Source of the DNA: Octopus vulgaris
Lineage: Eukaryota
DNA length: 64,000 nt
Assembly (NCBI GenBank): GCA_951406725.2
Contig: OX597819.1
Span: forward strand, 2,170,001 to 2,234,000
Reading direction: 5' to 3'
Shown: positions 1 to 13,070 of the stretch, one piece after another
How the letters are laid out: each line of letters starts with the position of its first letter
How positions within the stretch are numbered: position 1 is the stretch's first letter
The notes under the pieces: model-generated
Told to the model about the DNA's origin: nothing
Seen by the model: only the letters and a program-made list of their open reading frames with translations
Databases searched by the model: none
Program-made: the position numbers and the translations under genes

Positions 1-1963
1 GCTCAAACACGGCAGCTACACACACACACTCACATATAAAACATAGGTAATAGGAGAAAGTAAATATCCCTGAGACTTGAAATATAATAATATCTACCCA
101 GTAACATACCATTTAATAAAAATGATTAGATTACAACAGATTTTACCGTTAAATGGCTTAAAAAACAATTTGTGATAAGTCAGATCACAGTGTCTATCTG
201 TAGACCTAGCTAAGAGTTTCCTATTCTGAACAGCTGTTCTACCCACCTCGCAGCTGAATTTTTGTGTAAGAAAAATTCTTATACTCTATATTTACCAATT
301 AGCAATATGTCACTAAACTAAGCCCTAAGACTAACGAATATTGTACTCTCTAAAGAAAAAGGATATGTCAGATGTGCTGAATGTTGGCAAGTGTATACCG
401 TCGTTTATTAATGAACATGAAGGATGTTCTTTGGCTGATTGCAAGAGCATAGGTGAAGGTAGAAATATCTATACTTAAGAAAGTCTAGTGTAATTTGTGA
501 AAATGTTGACAATGATTTCAGTCTTTCGTTTATCTTAGGAAAAAGGTGTCCATTAGCTCCTGAGTAGGCAAAATAGATCGTCAATGATGTATAGGCAGAG
601 TGGATAAATATCCCTGTTTGGCTCCATCTGACAGGTTCGGAAATGATGTACATTGTGCTACATACTGAATGAAGTGATAAAGAAGACAATGTGAACATAG
701 CTGAAGGATTTTATCATGATGGGTTGTGTTGGTGAATGATGTAATCAAAGAAAGATAATGCAATATCCTGATTTATCTGACAAGAAATTGCTATGACAAT
801 GTCAGACCGAAGTAATACTATGACTTCGTCAGATGGGAGAACTCACATTTAATCGGGAAGACTTTCGTTGTAGGGTCATCAACGCGCTGTAAAAGCGTAC
901 GATACATGACGACAATTGCTGCATGAAAAATTACAGGCAGAAATAAAACCCACGAAGCAACCTCACTTGGAAGAAATACTTAAAAGATTAGCCAAAAATA
1001 ATATTTCCTGCTGCTAGAACTTCAAGAATCCCGGGTGTCCCACAACGGCATTAGAAATCAAAGATGTAACGATCATCCATGAAACGGACAGTAAACCTAA
1101 CAGCGATCAACTTTCACAGAACTTCGTGCTTAGTTTTACAGTTCCAATGAAATTCTAAAATTAGCCAATTTAAGAGTAGCAATGCTGCAACATTCTTTGT
1201 AATTACAGTAATTAATAAATTTGCATTTAATGTTTGTTTAATTATCTAGTTTAATGAATCCTGTTTCCCTGATACTGGCAGCTCTACAGTACGCTCTCTG
1301 ACAAAGCCAAATGTAATAGACTTGTCATTTGCATTAAAGTACAGGTACCCGTATTTCATTTAATTTTTGATTAAATTAAGTTTAAGATTCTAGAAGTTCA
1401 TTGTACTTTAGAGACTGGAGGTGTATCGTCAATAAGTTAGAAGGTGTTGACCAGGGACGTGCCTACCTCGAAAAAAAAAATGAGATTGGTAGCAACATTT
1501 CCCATTTATCGCAAAATATGGACCTAATTCAATAAAATTATGAAGGTTACTCTGATTTCTACGCATAAAATGCAAAATATTTTTTTCTGTAGATTAGGTA
1601 GGCATAATTCGCCCTTCCTTTTCAATCTCAGTTTTTAAGCTACCCATAGTACAGCCATAGTACACGTGCTGCGTATAATCCTACAACACCGTTTTCTTTA
1701 CGTGCTATAAAGGCAGAAGTAAATCTGTCTTCAACTCAGTCGCGCACCTGTGTTTCGCTTATTTTTTGTGTTTTATTACATAAAGGTCACCAACTGCCTA
1801 CCCTGAGAAATTACTGACGGTACGTGTCTGGTGTTGACCAAAATTGACCCTTTCTGGTTCGGCAAAATTGTTCGCCAAATCCAACAAGGCTTTGAAATGA
1901 ATGATGTGCGATGTTCAGTTTTGTATCTGTGTATGTGTATATACATTCATACATGCATACATA

Positions 1964-2009
<46 letters not shown>

Positions 2010-2147
2010 CAATTAAGATTCAAGTCAGTTCTATTGAATTCACTTGAATGCGGTACTTAACTTAGATGCACCAGAAAACTATATGGTATTAACCATACAA
2101 TAATGTGGGGTGATTATAAACAAGAAAAAAGCAACAAGAATGGATTA

Positions 2148-2244
2148 GTTTTTCAGTACAATTGTTTCATACAAAGACAAGCTTTATTAAAAGCTGCAAA
2201 TATTGCAGCAAATACAAGTGTCCCGTACTCATCAGCCAAAACAC
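2148..2244 (-). ncRNA. Type I hammerhead ribozyme motif (Penelope-type)
   Basis: Stem I GUGUUUUGG/CUGAAAAAC, core CUGAUGA (2229-2235), long stem II GUACGGGACA...UGUCUUUGUAU, then GAAA-C-AAUU-G-UA with a palindromic stem III loop. Confidence 0.7.
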
Positions 2245-2297
2245 ATATGAGTTCTCCAAGCATCCTAGTGGGTGAGGCTACACTCATGAAGTATCGG

Positions 2298-2495
2298 AGA
2301 TAGTTCTATAAAAAGCAAATTTAGGTTGTAAGCAGACTTCCAAAGTTCTCAAATGATGATGCACAGTCAAATGATGATTTACCTTCTCTGTGAAGCTAAC
2401 AAGCTTTTTTAAAACCTGTTATAAGACTGTGCATCATCATTTGAGAACTTTGGAAGTCTGCTTACAACCTAAATTTGCTTTTTATAGAACTATCT
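2298..2495. repeat. Perfect 71-bp inverted repeat (2298-2368 / 2425-2495), plus a 36-bp inverted match (2123-2158 / 2495-2530)
   Basis: Direct base-by-base comparison. Confidence 0.95.
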
Positions 2496-2541
2496 ACTGA
2501 AAAACTAATCCATTCTTGTTGCTTTTTTCTCGTTTTTTCTC

Positions 2542-2587
<46 letters not shown>

Positions 2588-2669
2588 ACGCATGGAACTC
2601 CCGGCCTTGAATCACTCTGTTGTTTCTGCTAAATATTAATATAATATATAAATACACACACACACACTC

Positions 2670-2741
<72 letters not shown>

Positions 2742-2824
2742 GTATGTATGTATATATGTGTGTGTATGTATATATTTATAAATTATATTAATATTGTGCA
2801 GAAATATGTATGTATGTATATGTA

Positions 2825-2871
<47 letters not shown>

Positions 2872-4282
2872 GCGTATCTATTTATGCAGATGGATATACT
2901 AAACATACACATATTTAAGTGTGAATATGTGTACCTGTTTTGTACTTCCAAGGGGTGGAAAAGGGGCGATGTTCATGGCCTCCAATACCGGTGAGAAAGG
3001 ACATAGAGTGATGGTAAATGCAGGATCAATCTTTGGACACAACTAAATTGACGAGAGAAGGTAAGACAAGTAGGTCAGTAGTGTTTCAGAGGAGGAAGTA
3101 CACGAGTAGCTATTTCAGAAGAACAGACGCCATTATAGTATCAGTGGAAATCGTAGAGATGCGACGTATACGTTATAAATACAAATACACAGAGAGAAGG
3201 GGGCAGAGAGAGAGAGAGAGTTTGTAAAATTGTGCATATTTAATATATTAGTCAAGCAATTTATAATATAGCCGGATTTTCACATTTTATATTATTTTTT
3301 TTTTTTCTTTTACTTCTTGCTTTACATGAAACATCAAGTAAATATTTACAAAGCAACTGTAACTTTATCTCGGTGAATATTTGCACAGAAGCATTAATTA
3401 TAACTCGGGGGTATTGTTGTATTGTTAACGGAAAATAATTTATAAAACGTTTAGTTTTGCAACCATTTTTTAGTGTAAGTTATTGTTGGGTGAAGATATA
3501 TTAAAATTCAAATATTATTGCCCTTTCCTTTGGCTTCATTGTGGAGGGTTCTATTAAATATCAGTGAACCAATCATTGAAACGACAATCCTATTTTCATG
3601 GGGGATAGGGGTGAGTAAAATGTCTTTGGCTTGTGCTTGGTTTTCTTCCTCTTCTGCAACCACCGCCACATCGTTTTTTAGATGGTGCAAGCCTTCATGC
3701 AATTCTTTAGTTGATATTTTTGTGATTCAAGTATTGATGCTGCTGTTGATTGATCAACTGAGAATATCGGTGATATCTTTGGGTGACGTTTTAGAATATT
3801 TTGATCGACCAGATGAGGGTTTTTCTTCCTTTTTTTCTCTCTGTTGGCTTGTGAAGAAGTTGGGAAAATTATTGGTCTCCATTGCTGACGCAGTAAGAGA
3901 GGGAGAATGCTGCTGTATGTGAACTTGTTAAAGCGGATTCTGACATGCTATAGTACATCTGAATGGAATAGGTCAAATGGTGAAGCTAAAGTAGCATTTC
4001 CTGACCTTTCGGAACGGTGTCATAGGTTTCTCTGCACTTACTAAACAGTACAGTTCCCATATTTTCCATGCGTTTACACCAGCCATTGGGTTCACGCAAC
4101 GCACTTATCAACAGAGCCAATGATAGACTTCAACTTGAAACAGCCCTGTCTGATAGAAGTCAGATAAGTTGTAAGACGGGCAAGGTCTTTGCCTTGAAGA
4201 ATGTAAAATTAATGACATAGCAGATGTATGAAAAAGACCACATGGATTAAGTTAAATAAAACAACAATGTAAGAGGTGGTTA

Positions 4283-5259
4283 CAATATTACTATCAAATC
4301 TAACTCATAAATTCAATTTTTAAGGCAGCACGTACCCGCTAGGGATATTGTCAATTATTCACCCATAAAGGCAAAAAATACCCCGCTACTGTAGGAGTTA
4401 TTTGTTGAGTAAGAGTGGAAAGCTATCACACGGTAAAAAGAATAGTATTAACTTCAGAACTTCCGATGTTCACCAAACTGTGTTGAATACGCGAAGTCCC
4501 AGGGGATATATAAACTCTGATATTATGCATACAGGCAGACGAATTTAAAATAGTGAAACTCTTGTTAAGCGTACTGTAATGTAACATTGAATAAACGCAT
4601 ACACTATGAAAACACTGTACAAGTACAGATACTTGCAAGCTTGCAACAAGGCATTCTAACATAGAAGATATAAATGTTCTAATATCTATGGCGACACTCT
4701 AAAAAAAGATAAGAAATCAATCAGGAAGAAAAATATTACCTGGTATATTCCACCTTTATGTAGTCAGATGGAAACATTATTACCCTGTATTTCTTTGAAA
4801 TACTTAGAAGTAATTTTCCCCCGAGAGTTAGATACCATTATCTATTTAATAGATAAATTAAAACTGCCATGTGCGATCACCCTGGGTTTAGCAGATATAG
4901 TAGCAGCCTCAATGAAGCTTAACTAAATAGGTTAAATAAGGTAATGCAATTTAATATAAGATTAAGGATTCATATAAATAGTAGTAAGTGATATTAATGG
5001 TATCTTGGGTTACCGCAGAAGTGCATAAAAGCTATAGATATCTCATAGGACAGTTCTATATATAAGAGATGAGGAATTAGGTACATTATTTACATTATTT
5101 ACATTATTTACATTTGACGGATATTTGTCCTCACCTTTTTGATGTTAATACAACATTTCGGCTGATATACCCTCCAGCCTTCATCAGGTGTTTTGGGGAA
5201 ATTTGGATCCTGGGTTCTTATTCATAAGGTATTTTTCGATGTTGTTGTTGTTGTTGTTG

Positions 5260-5313
<54 letters not shown>

Positions 5314-5476
5314 TCACTGCCTGGAATCGAACTCGGGATCTTGAGGATAGTAGCCCATGCTCTTAACCACTACGCCATATGCCCGTGACATAAAATCGAC
5401 TACAAACCGTGTCAAAAACTTTTATTAAAGCATAAGCATTCCTTAGTTAATCTAAAACTTTCTCTCTCCTTTTATA

Positions 5477-5535
<59 letters not shown>

Positions 5536-5950
5536 GGTTCCAATGTTACTACCAAATCTAACTCACAAATTCAATTTTTAAGGCAGCATGCATCTGATGG
5601 GGATATTGTCAATCGTTACCCATTAGGGACAAATATACCCTGTTGCTGTAGGGGTTAATTACTTAAGAGTGAAAAGCTATCACGCGATAAAAAGAATAGT
5701 ATTAATGCAAGAACTTCGATTATTCACCAAAAATAGCTAAAACTTTCAAGGAGTTAGACTAAAGATGAAGTAGAATATAATAGTACGTGTCAAATATACT
5801 AGAGAGATACACAGGTCTGTTGTTTATATACATGGTAAACATTTGAAATCTCTAAGGTAGGTGATTATTATGTATTACACAAAAGACGCGTATTAGTAAA
5901 TTATTGTAAACACAAACCTAAATGGGCCTTTAAAAATTATTTGAATCCAC
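4283..5950 (+). mobile_element. Degraded Penelope-like element with ~190-bp direct repeats (4283-4477, 5541-5731)
   Basis: RKKNITWYIPPLCSQMET...NFP...YHYLFNR at ~4720-4870 resembles the PLE IWFNPPY linker. The two diverged direct repeats resemble pseudo-LTRs. Confidence 0.55.
5053..5384 (-). mobile_element. tRNA-headed SINE-like element containing a minimal hammerhead motif
   Basis: A box TGGCGTAGTGG (5367-5377), B box GAGTTCGATTCC (5323-5334), an (AAT/AAC)n spacer, CUGAUGA-A-GGCUG..CAGCC-GAAAUGUU (5146-5192), and a (TGTAAATAA)x3 tail. Confidence 0.75.
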
Positions 5951-6222
5951 ATAAGTTATGTGAATGCATGTTCAAATGCATATAATTCTCGATTTCTTTC
6001 TTCCTTTCTTCCTGCTATTGCTTTTCTCATTTTAATTGCAATGGTCACGAAACGATGAACTCCAACTGAATCATACACGCATACAGATTCAATTATTCTG
6101 AATGGATCAATAACCAATATATCTTTCCGTGTTATAACTCCAAGACTGTTACATAAATATCCGTATAAATATTCTTTATAAATGATCTTGTTTACACTGA
6201 TGTTTCTTAAGTGAACGTTATA

Positions 6223-6340
<118 letters not shown>

Positions 6341-6977
6341 GTGTGTGTGTATGTTGTCTAATTGTTTCTTTGTATAGCTTAAATAATAAGCTATATAAAT
6401 ACATCATACTTTGCGATGGTAATTTTAAGGTCTACTCAGTTATATTGTTTGTGTATATGTATCCTATGACTTACAAGTGCGTATGAGTAGTTACTGGTGT
6501 GTATGCAAGTGTAAATGCGCAACTGTATGTATGTATATTTGCGTCTATATATGTGCATTATTGTTGATATGCACTTATATATATGTTTGCTTGATACTGT
6601 AAAGTTTAAATGTGAAGGTCACTGAGTGTATTAAGATTTGACCATGACTCCTCATATGGTACCTACGGTCTACATACGCTCCACATTAGTTGTCTGAATT
6701 GGGTTATGATCCAAATGATATTGAACTATGTTGTGGTTTTAATGCATTTAATGATTTAATACCTCTAAACTGGAGGTATTTTGTCACGCTAAGCTGAGCT
6801 ATGTATTTTTTTCGACCTCACCGTAAAAGTTCTTCATTGTAGCTGGTTTATCAACTACTTTAATTCATATCCTATGTATATAACATTCTGTATTTTGCAT
6901 TTATTATTTGATTTTGAAAGTTTATTTTCTCTTTTGTTTTGTATATTTTTATCTATATTTATTTGCACGTTGTTTAA

Positions 6978-7087
6978 CAGATATATAAGGTGGTATTTAA
7001 GACCCATTGTTATATTCTTTATTTGAAGTGATAGTTTTAGGCATATATATATATATATATATATAAATTGAGATAGGTATATATAGG

Positions 7088-7132
<45 letters not shown>

Positions 7133-7146
7133 TGAGATTATTTTGC

Positions 7147-7185
<39 letters not shown>

Positions 7186-7245
7186 TATATAAGGGGGTAT
7201 TTGAGACCCATTGTTATATTTTTTATTTGAAGTGATAGTTTTAGG

Positions 7246-7276
<31 letters not shown>

Positions 7277-7332
7277 TATATAAGGAGGTATTTAAGACCC
7301 ATTGTTATTTCTTTATCTGAAGTGATAGTTTT

Positions 7333-7337
<5 letters not shown>
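6978..7337. repeat. Three ~65-bp tandem units separated by (TA)n
   Basis: CAGATATATAAGG.GGTATTT.AGACCCATTGTTAT...TGAAGTGATAGTTTTAGG at 6978, 7182 and 7273. Confidence 0.9.
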
Positions 7338-7385
<48 letters not shown>

Positions 7386-8935
7386 GTGTCAATGCAAAAA
7401 TATGGGTATCCATTTCACCATTATATAACAGAGAACTGGAAAAGAGAGCTGGATGACTGCTTTATCATTTTGAATGAGAGCATTGATAAACTTTTGGAAT
7501 TTGAATCAATACTAAATAGTATAAACCCTAACATTCAGTTTACAATGGAATATAGCAAAGAACAACCCCCTATCTTATATATTCTGATAAAGAAAAGACA
7601 ACAACCAGATTGTAACTGACATTTATCATAAACCAACAGACACGAAGGGATATCTTCTTTTAGCTCATGCCACCCGAAACAGATCAGAAGAAATATTCCC
7701 TTTAATTTAATGGAAAAGGTTTGCACAATAATAGTGTCTGATAGAAATACTCGAGATCTCCGTCTTCAAGACCTCAGGACAACACTAACTGAGAGTCACT
7801 ATCCACCCTCACTTATAGATGATGGAATTAAACGTGCCAAGAAAATAGGCATTACAATAAACTAAGGGAAACAAAACGAAACACCACGCCTCATCTCAAA
7901 ATATTACCGTATATATCAACTAACAACCCTAGAAACAATGAGGCATACAACACTACATACAAAATCTGCCGATGCTCACTAGCGATCCAGAAATGAACAG
8001 CATTCTGAAAACACATAAATTCATCAAATGTAGACACAACCCAAATCGCTGAAAAGACTTCTGACGAATGCGAAGCTTTCCACAACTACCACGAAACCAA
8101 TGGTTAAGAAAATGTGAACGTCCAAGCTGTGGAACATGTCCCATCCTACTGGAAGGCTCGGAACGCCAATCCAAACAAGGAGAGAGATTCACAATCAAGA
8201 CCAACTTCACTTGGACATCTGAGAATTTAAATTTGTTATAACTTGTTCAGGTGTGGGCATAACTATATAGGACGGACAAGTATGGCACTTAGATGGAGAA
8301 CCACACTACACAAGAAGCATATCCGTTTCCCAAAATATAGATAGATACCTTTGAGTGAACACATAGAGAGATTTTTAGAGAATCTTCAACCAAGTTTGAC
8401 GGTTTTCCCCATCTACCAGTGCAAAGAAACAATTTCTGTACAAGAACATTTAAATATAGAAAATTTATTCATCGAAAAATTCAGAACACGCCTAAATATG
8501 ATCGCATAACCAACTTTCGTCTCAGTATATATCTTAATTCATGATTACATCTCTATCACTGTATGTATTTCATCTCACTGCTTTAGCTTATGAGCTTTTG
8601 TATGTTTATTTATCTCACCCTAAAAATGAGAATTTACCTCACCTCTCCCGAGTAATAACTATCATCAAATACCCCTTAGATACTTGTTGATTCATTCACA
8701 AACTTTCATACAAGAACATAAACAAAAATCTTCTTAAGAAGATACGAAATTACAATAATTGCAATGTCATGATTAGCGAAAGCGAAACTGGTCGACAACC
8801 GCAATACACTTTCCTTTAAAATATATTTTAACTATGTAAACTGTGTGCATTTTCCTTCTTTATTTCATAAATATTATTTCGCATTACAACATACCACGTG
8901 GGGATAATCGGAATTCTATTCCTCCCTTTTCCTAC
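7386..8935 (+). mobile_element. Penelope-like element remnant (RT C-terminus, GIY-YIG endonuclease, 3' region with decayed hammerhead)
   Basis: WKRELDDCFII...IQFTMEYSKEQ.P, TDIYHKPTDT, SSCHP...NIPFNL, and a GIY-YIG-like CG.NYIGRT near 8250-8290. Many frameshifts. Confidence 0.85.
8765..8797 (+). ncRNA. Decayed minimal hammerhead motif
   Basis: UGUC-AUGAUUA-GC GAAA GC-GAAACUGGUC-GACA. Stems I and II are intact; the core has two substitutions relative to CUGAUGA. Confidence 0.55.
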
Positions 8936-8936
8936 A

Positions 8937-9029
<93 letters not shown>

Positions 9030-9108
9030 TGTTTGTATGTATGTATATATGTATATATATATACAGATATACATATATATATATATATATATACATACAT
9101 ACATATAT

Positions 9109-9159
<51 letters not shown>

Positions 9160-9160
9160 A

Positions 9161-9199
<39 letters not shown>

Positions 9200-9781
9200 C
9201 GTGTGTATAAGTTCTTCATAAGTCCGAAACAAAGGCGCACTCGATTAATTTTGGTTTCTTTCTTAGCAGTAATATTTTATGCAGTCGTTGGTTATGGTCG
9301 TTGCTTAGCAACATAGACGACTCATCAGACCCTGCTGGCGGATGCACGTAAGCTCTTTACTAACGGAGGTATAAATCCATTCTTAGTCGTCATTGTGAGG
9401 AAAAATATCCTGAAACAAAATTCTTTGAAGCGAAAACCCTTTCTAGGCGAAACGGAGTTATCTACCTTTGAATGTATCCAGTAGTGTCCCCAAAAAGTCA
9501 GTTTAAGTACGTCTTCTGTTTTACTTGTCTCAGTCATTAGAGTGCGGCCGGGCTGGGACAACCCTTCAAGAACTTTAGTCAAATGAACCGACCCAGTCCT
9601 TTTTTAAAGCCTTGTTCTTAATCTACCAATACATTTTTCCAAACCGCTAAGTAAACACGCGTACACCGGTTGTCGGGCAGTGATAGAGATCAAATACAGA
9701 CACAAAAACATACAAACACACTTACATTTATATATAAGTTTACATATATGTATATATATATATATGTATGCATATGTATGT

Positions 9782-9849
<68 letters not shown>

Positions 9850-9851
<2 letters not shown>

Positions 9852-10960
9852 CGGGAAGCTTTATGAAAATAGACAAAAGACGAAGGCAGGTGGAATACAA
9901 ACAAACAATTGCATTAGTATGGCGCTCAGGAATATAAATAAAACAAGTCTTTTACGTTTCGAGCCTACGCTCTTCAACAGAAAGATACACAGAAAAGAAA
10001 CACAGAAGAAGGAGAGAAAAAAATGCGTGCAGAGGCTAGCGAATCAACATGGCGATCTGATTTCGGCCAGAAGTCAAAGATCAAACGTGAGACGCAAGAG
10101 CGAAATTAGGGGAGATAATAGGGTTAAATGACCTCGCCCCAACATAAGAGTGTGTGTGTGTATGAGAGAGTATTAGTGCGTATGAAAGGTCTGGACGTGT
10201 GTATGTATATATGATGTGATGTGTAAAGTCGTATGGTGTAGTGTAGAGAGAGGAGATGAGGGGAGAGGGGAAGAGGGGGTAAGGGGAGAGAGAGGAGAGA
10301 TGAGGGAGGAGAGAGGGGAGGGGGAGATGAGATGAGGGGGAGGGGGAGAAGGAAAGGGGAGAAGAGGAGGGGGAATGGAGAGAAGGAAGGAGAGGAGAAG
10401 AGGAGGGAGGATAGAGGGAGAGGGGGAGAGAGAGAGAGAAGGGGAGTGAGGGAGCAGAGAGAAAGAGGAAGGGGAAGAGGGAAGAAGAAAGAGGGAAGAA
10501 GGGAAGAGGAGTAGGGGTGAAAGGATGAAGGACTGAAGAGAAGTAGGGGTCGGGGGGAGGTTAGATGAGGAGGGGGAGAGTTGAGACCAAATGGCGTAAA
10601 AGAGCGAAGAGAGAAGATTAATTTCTGTTCACGGCGCAAACGGGAATCTGGATGGCCTCTGTGCAAGGACAAACCGAACACAGACAGGTGTTGCAAGGAG
10701 TGACCGGTGGAGCGGAAATGGCGTGAGACCGGTGTGTCGTTGGCAAGGCGGATGTCTCGGAGGTGTTCCGCGAACCGGTCAGCCAAGCGGCGTCCCGTTT
10801 GTCCGATGTACAGGGAATGGCAGAGAGAGCAAGAGACGCAATAGATAATATTGCTGGAGGTGCAGGTGAAGGAGTTGATGATGCGATAGGGTCGATGATG
10901 GGTGCCAGTGAGGAGGGTGATGTTGGAGTAAAGTCAGGCAAATTCACTTGCGAAGACGAG
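9850..10960 (-). mobile_element. Penelope-like element 3' part: GIY-YIG endonuclease plus terminal repeat with hammerhead
   Basis: FTCTSSNIIYCVSCSLCHSLYIGQTGRRLADRFAEHLRDIR...VSRHF...EQKLIFSL..FTPFGLN. This is followed by CT-rich low complexity and a hammerhead motif at 9948-9985. Confidence 0.9.
9948..9985 (-). ncRNA. Minimal hammerhead motif, CUGUUGA core variant
   Basis: UCUUU-CUGUUGA-A-GAGC GUAG GCUC-GAAACGUA-AAAGA, with perfect stems I and II. Confidence 0.7.
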
Positions 10961-11077
10961 GATTTGGTCGGCCCGGGATTCTATCAGAAGATACTTACCG
11001 ACGGTGCCATAAAGTGAGACTGAAACCGGAGCGAGGTGGTTGGGAAGAAAGCTTCTTTCCACACATCAATGTCTTTA

Positions 11078-11144
<67 letters not shown>

Positions 11145-11195
11145 AAATATATATATATACACACACTCACATCACACACACACATATATATATGT

Positions 11196-11246
<51 letters not shown>

Positions 11247-11435
11247 TAATATAGGATAAAAGTTTTCAAAGAACTTTTTCAGTGGCCGGCATATTAAAAA
11301 TTACCTTTTATGTTGAAAATTGTAAACAACTACAATTTTAGTCAAATGAATCGACCCAGTACATATTTTTAAAGCCCTGTTCTTCATTTCTTAATCTATC
11401 AATTTATATTTACAAACCGCTATGTTATTTATAAG

Positions 11436-11501
<66 letters not shown>

Positions 11502-11670
11502 ATGTATATATACACATGAAACCCTCTTTCAGTTTCTGTCTACCAAATTCACTCAGAAGACTTTCTTTGGCGTCAGGTTATAGTAGAAACATTTGCACAC
11601 GGTACCACGCAGTGGGTCTGAACCTGGGACCATATGGTTGGGAAAGAAACTTCCTACCAGACAGCCACGC

Positions 11671-11729
<59 letters not shown>

Positions 11730-11777
11730 ATAGAAGGAGCTTATTTACTGTGGTTAACCCCGACTCAAACCGGGACC

Positions 11778-11809
<32 letters not shown>

Positions 11810-11857
11810 CTTTATTCTTTTGTACGTTTCAGCCCTAAGGTTGTGGCCATGCTGGAA

Positions 11858-11931
<74 letters not shown>

Positions 11932-12228
11932 TGTATGTATCATGTACGTATATAAATATATATGTATTTATATATGTATGTATATAAATAGTTATGCAGT
12001 CTCTCTCTCTCACACACACATATATAAATACATATACGGACGTGTACGTATTCATATACATATATGTGCGTGTATGTATGTATTCATATGCATATATCTG
12101 TATGCATATAGGTATGTATGAGGGATGTGCGTGCATGTGTGAGGTGAGTGTGTGTGTATGTGAATGTATGCATATTTATATATGAACGCTTACATATGCA
12201 TATATACACACATGTCACACATGCATAC

Positions 12229-12304
<76 letters not shown>

Positions 12305-12971
12305 ACATACATACATACTCTATCTAATATTTGTGAAAAATATAAAATGCCCGGAACCACATGTATTTGTTTCCTTGTTTTTATTCTCCCACCACGTTTG
12401 TCTGTCTATCCCACTCTAAGTATGTACCTACACACGTCAATGCAAATAGCCCAGCATACATACATATGTAAATACAAATTTTATTCTTTTTGCGTATCGA
12501 GAGAAATGTCCTACATTTGCTGTGGAATAATGCTGCAGTGTGTATGTGTGTGTGTGTGCCATATGTGTGTCTGAGTATGTCTCTGCTTGTTAGTCTGCAT
12601 ATTTGCGTGTGTTCATGCGTCTGCATAAGTTTGTAGTGATGATTAAGTCTTTGTGCAAGTGTCGGTGAGTGTACGTGTATGTTTATATATGTGTACGTGT
12701 GCCTGTGTTTGTAGACCTGATTAAGTGAAAACGTTGATAGAAGGGAATACATTTTAAGCATTTGTGCATATAGATAAGTGTTATAATCGAAGCTAATTTC
12801 TATAGACAGAGCCATCTACTTTTGTTCAAATACACTCTAGTGTCAGTTACTGTTTATTTTGCATTACATTCTACCACCCTATCACTTTTGCTCACTTGTA
12901 GATCATGCGCATGCACGAACACATTCTTGCACAAACAAATATATACCTATAAATTGTGTGTCATTATGTAT

Positions 12972-13070
<99 letters not shown>

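Noticed and set aside
1453-1615. Possible MITE with AGGG..TGCCTACCT inverted ends
   Set aside because: Only ~9 bp of exact inverted match and no clear target duplication.
3508-3922. Overlapping 64-aa and 134-aa ORFs in complex sequence; likewise 408-763 and 38463-38829
   Set aside because: No recognisable motifs; probably decayed transposon or chance ORFs.
5310-5384. Possible tRNA gene
   Set aside because: A and B boxes are present but the acceptor and anticodon stems pair poorly and it runs into a repeat body; treated as a SINE head.
9270-9332. Minus-strand CUGAUGA followed by a GUCGU/ACGAC stem (hammerhead?)
   Set aside because: The stem is followed by UGCA rather than GAAA, and there is no stem I or III.
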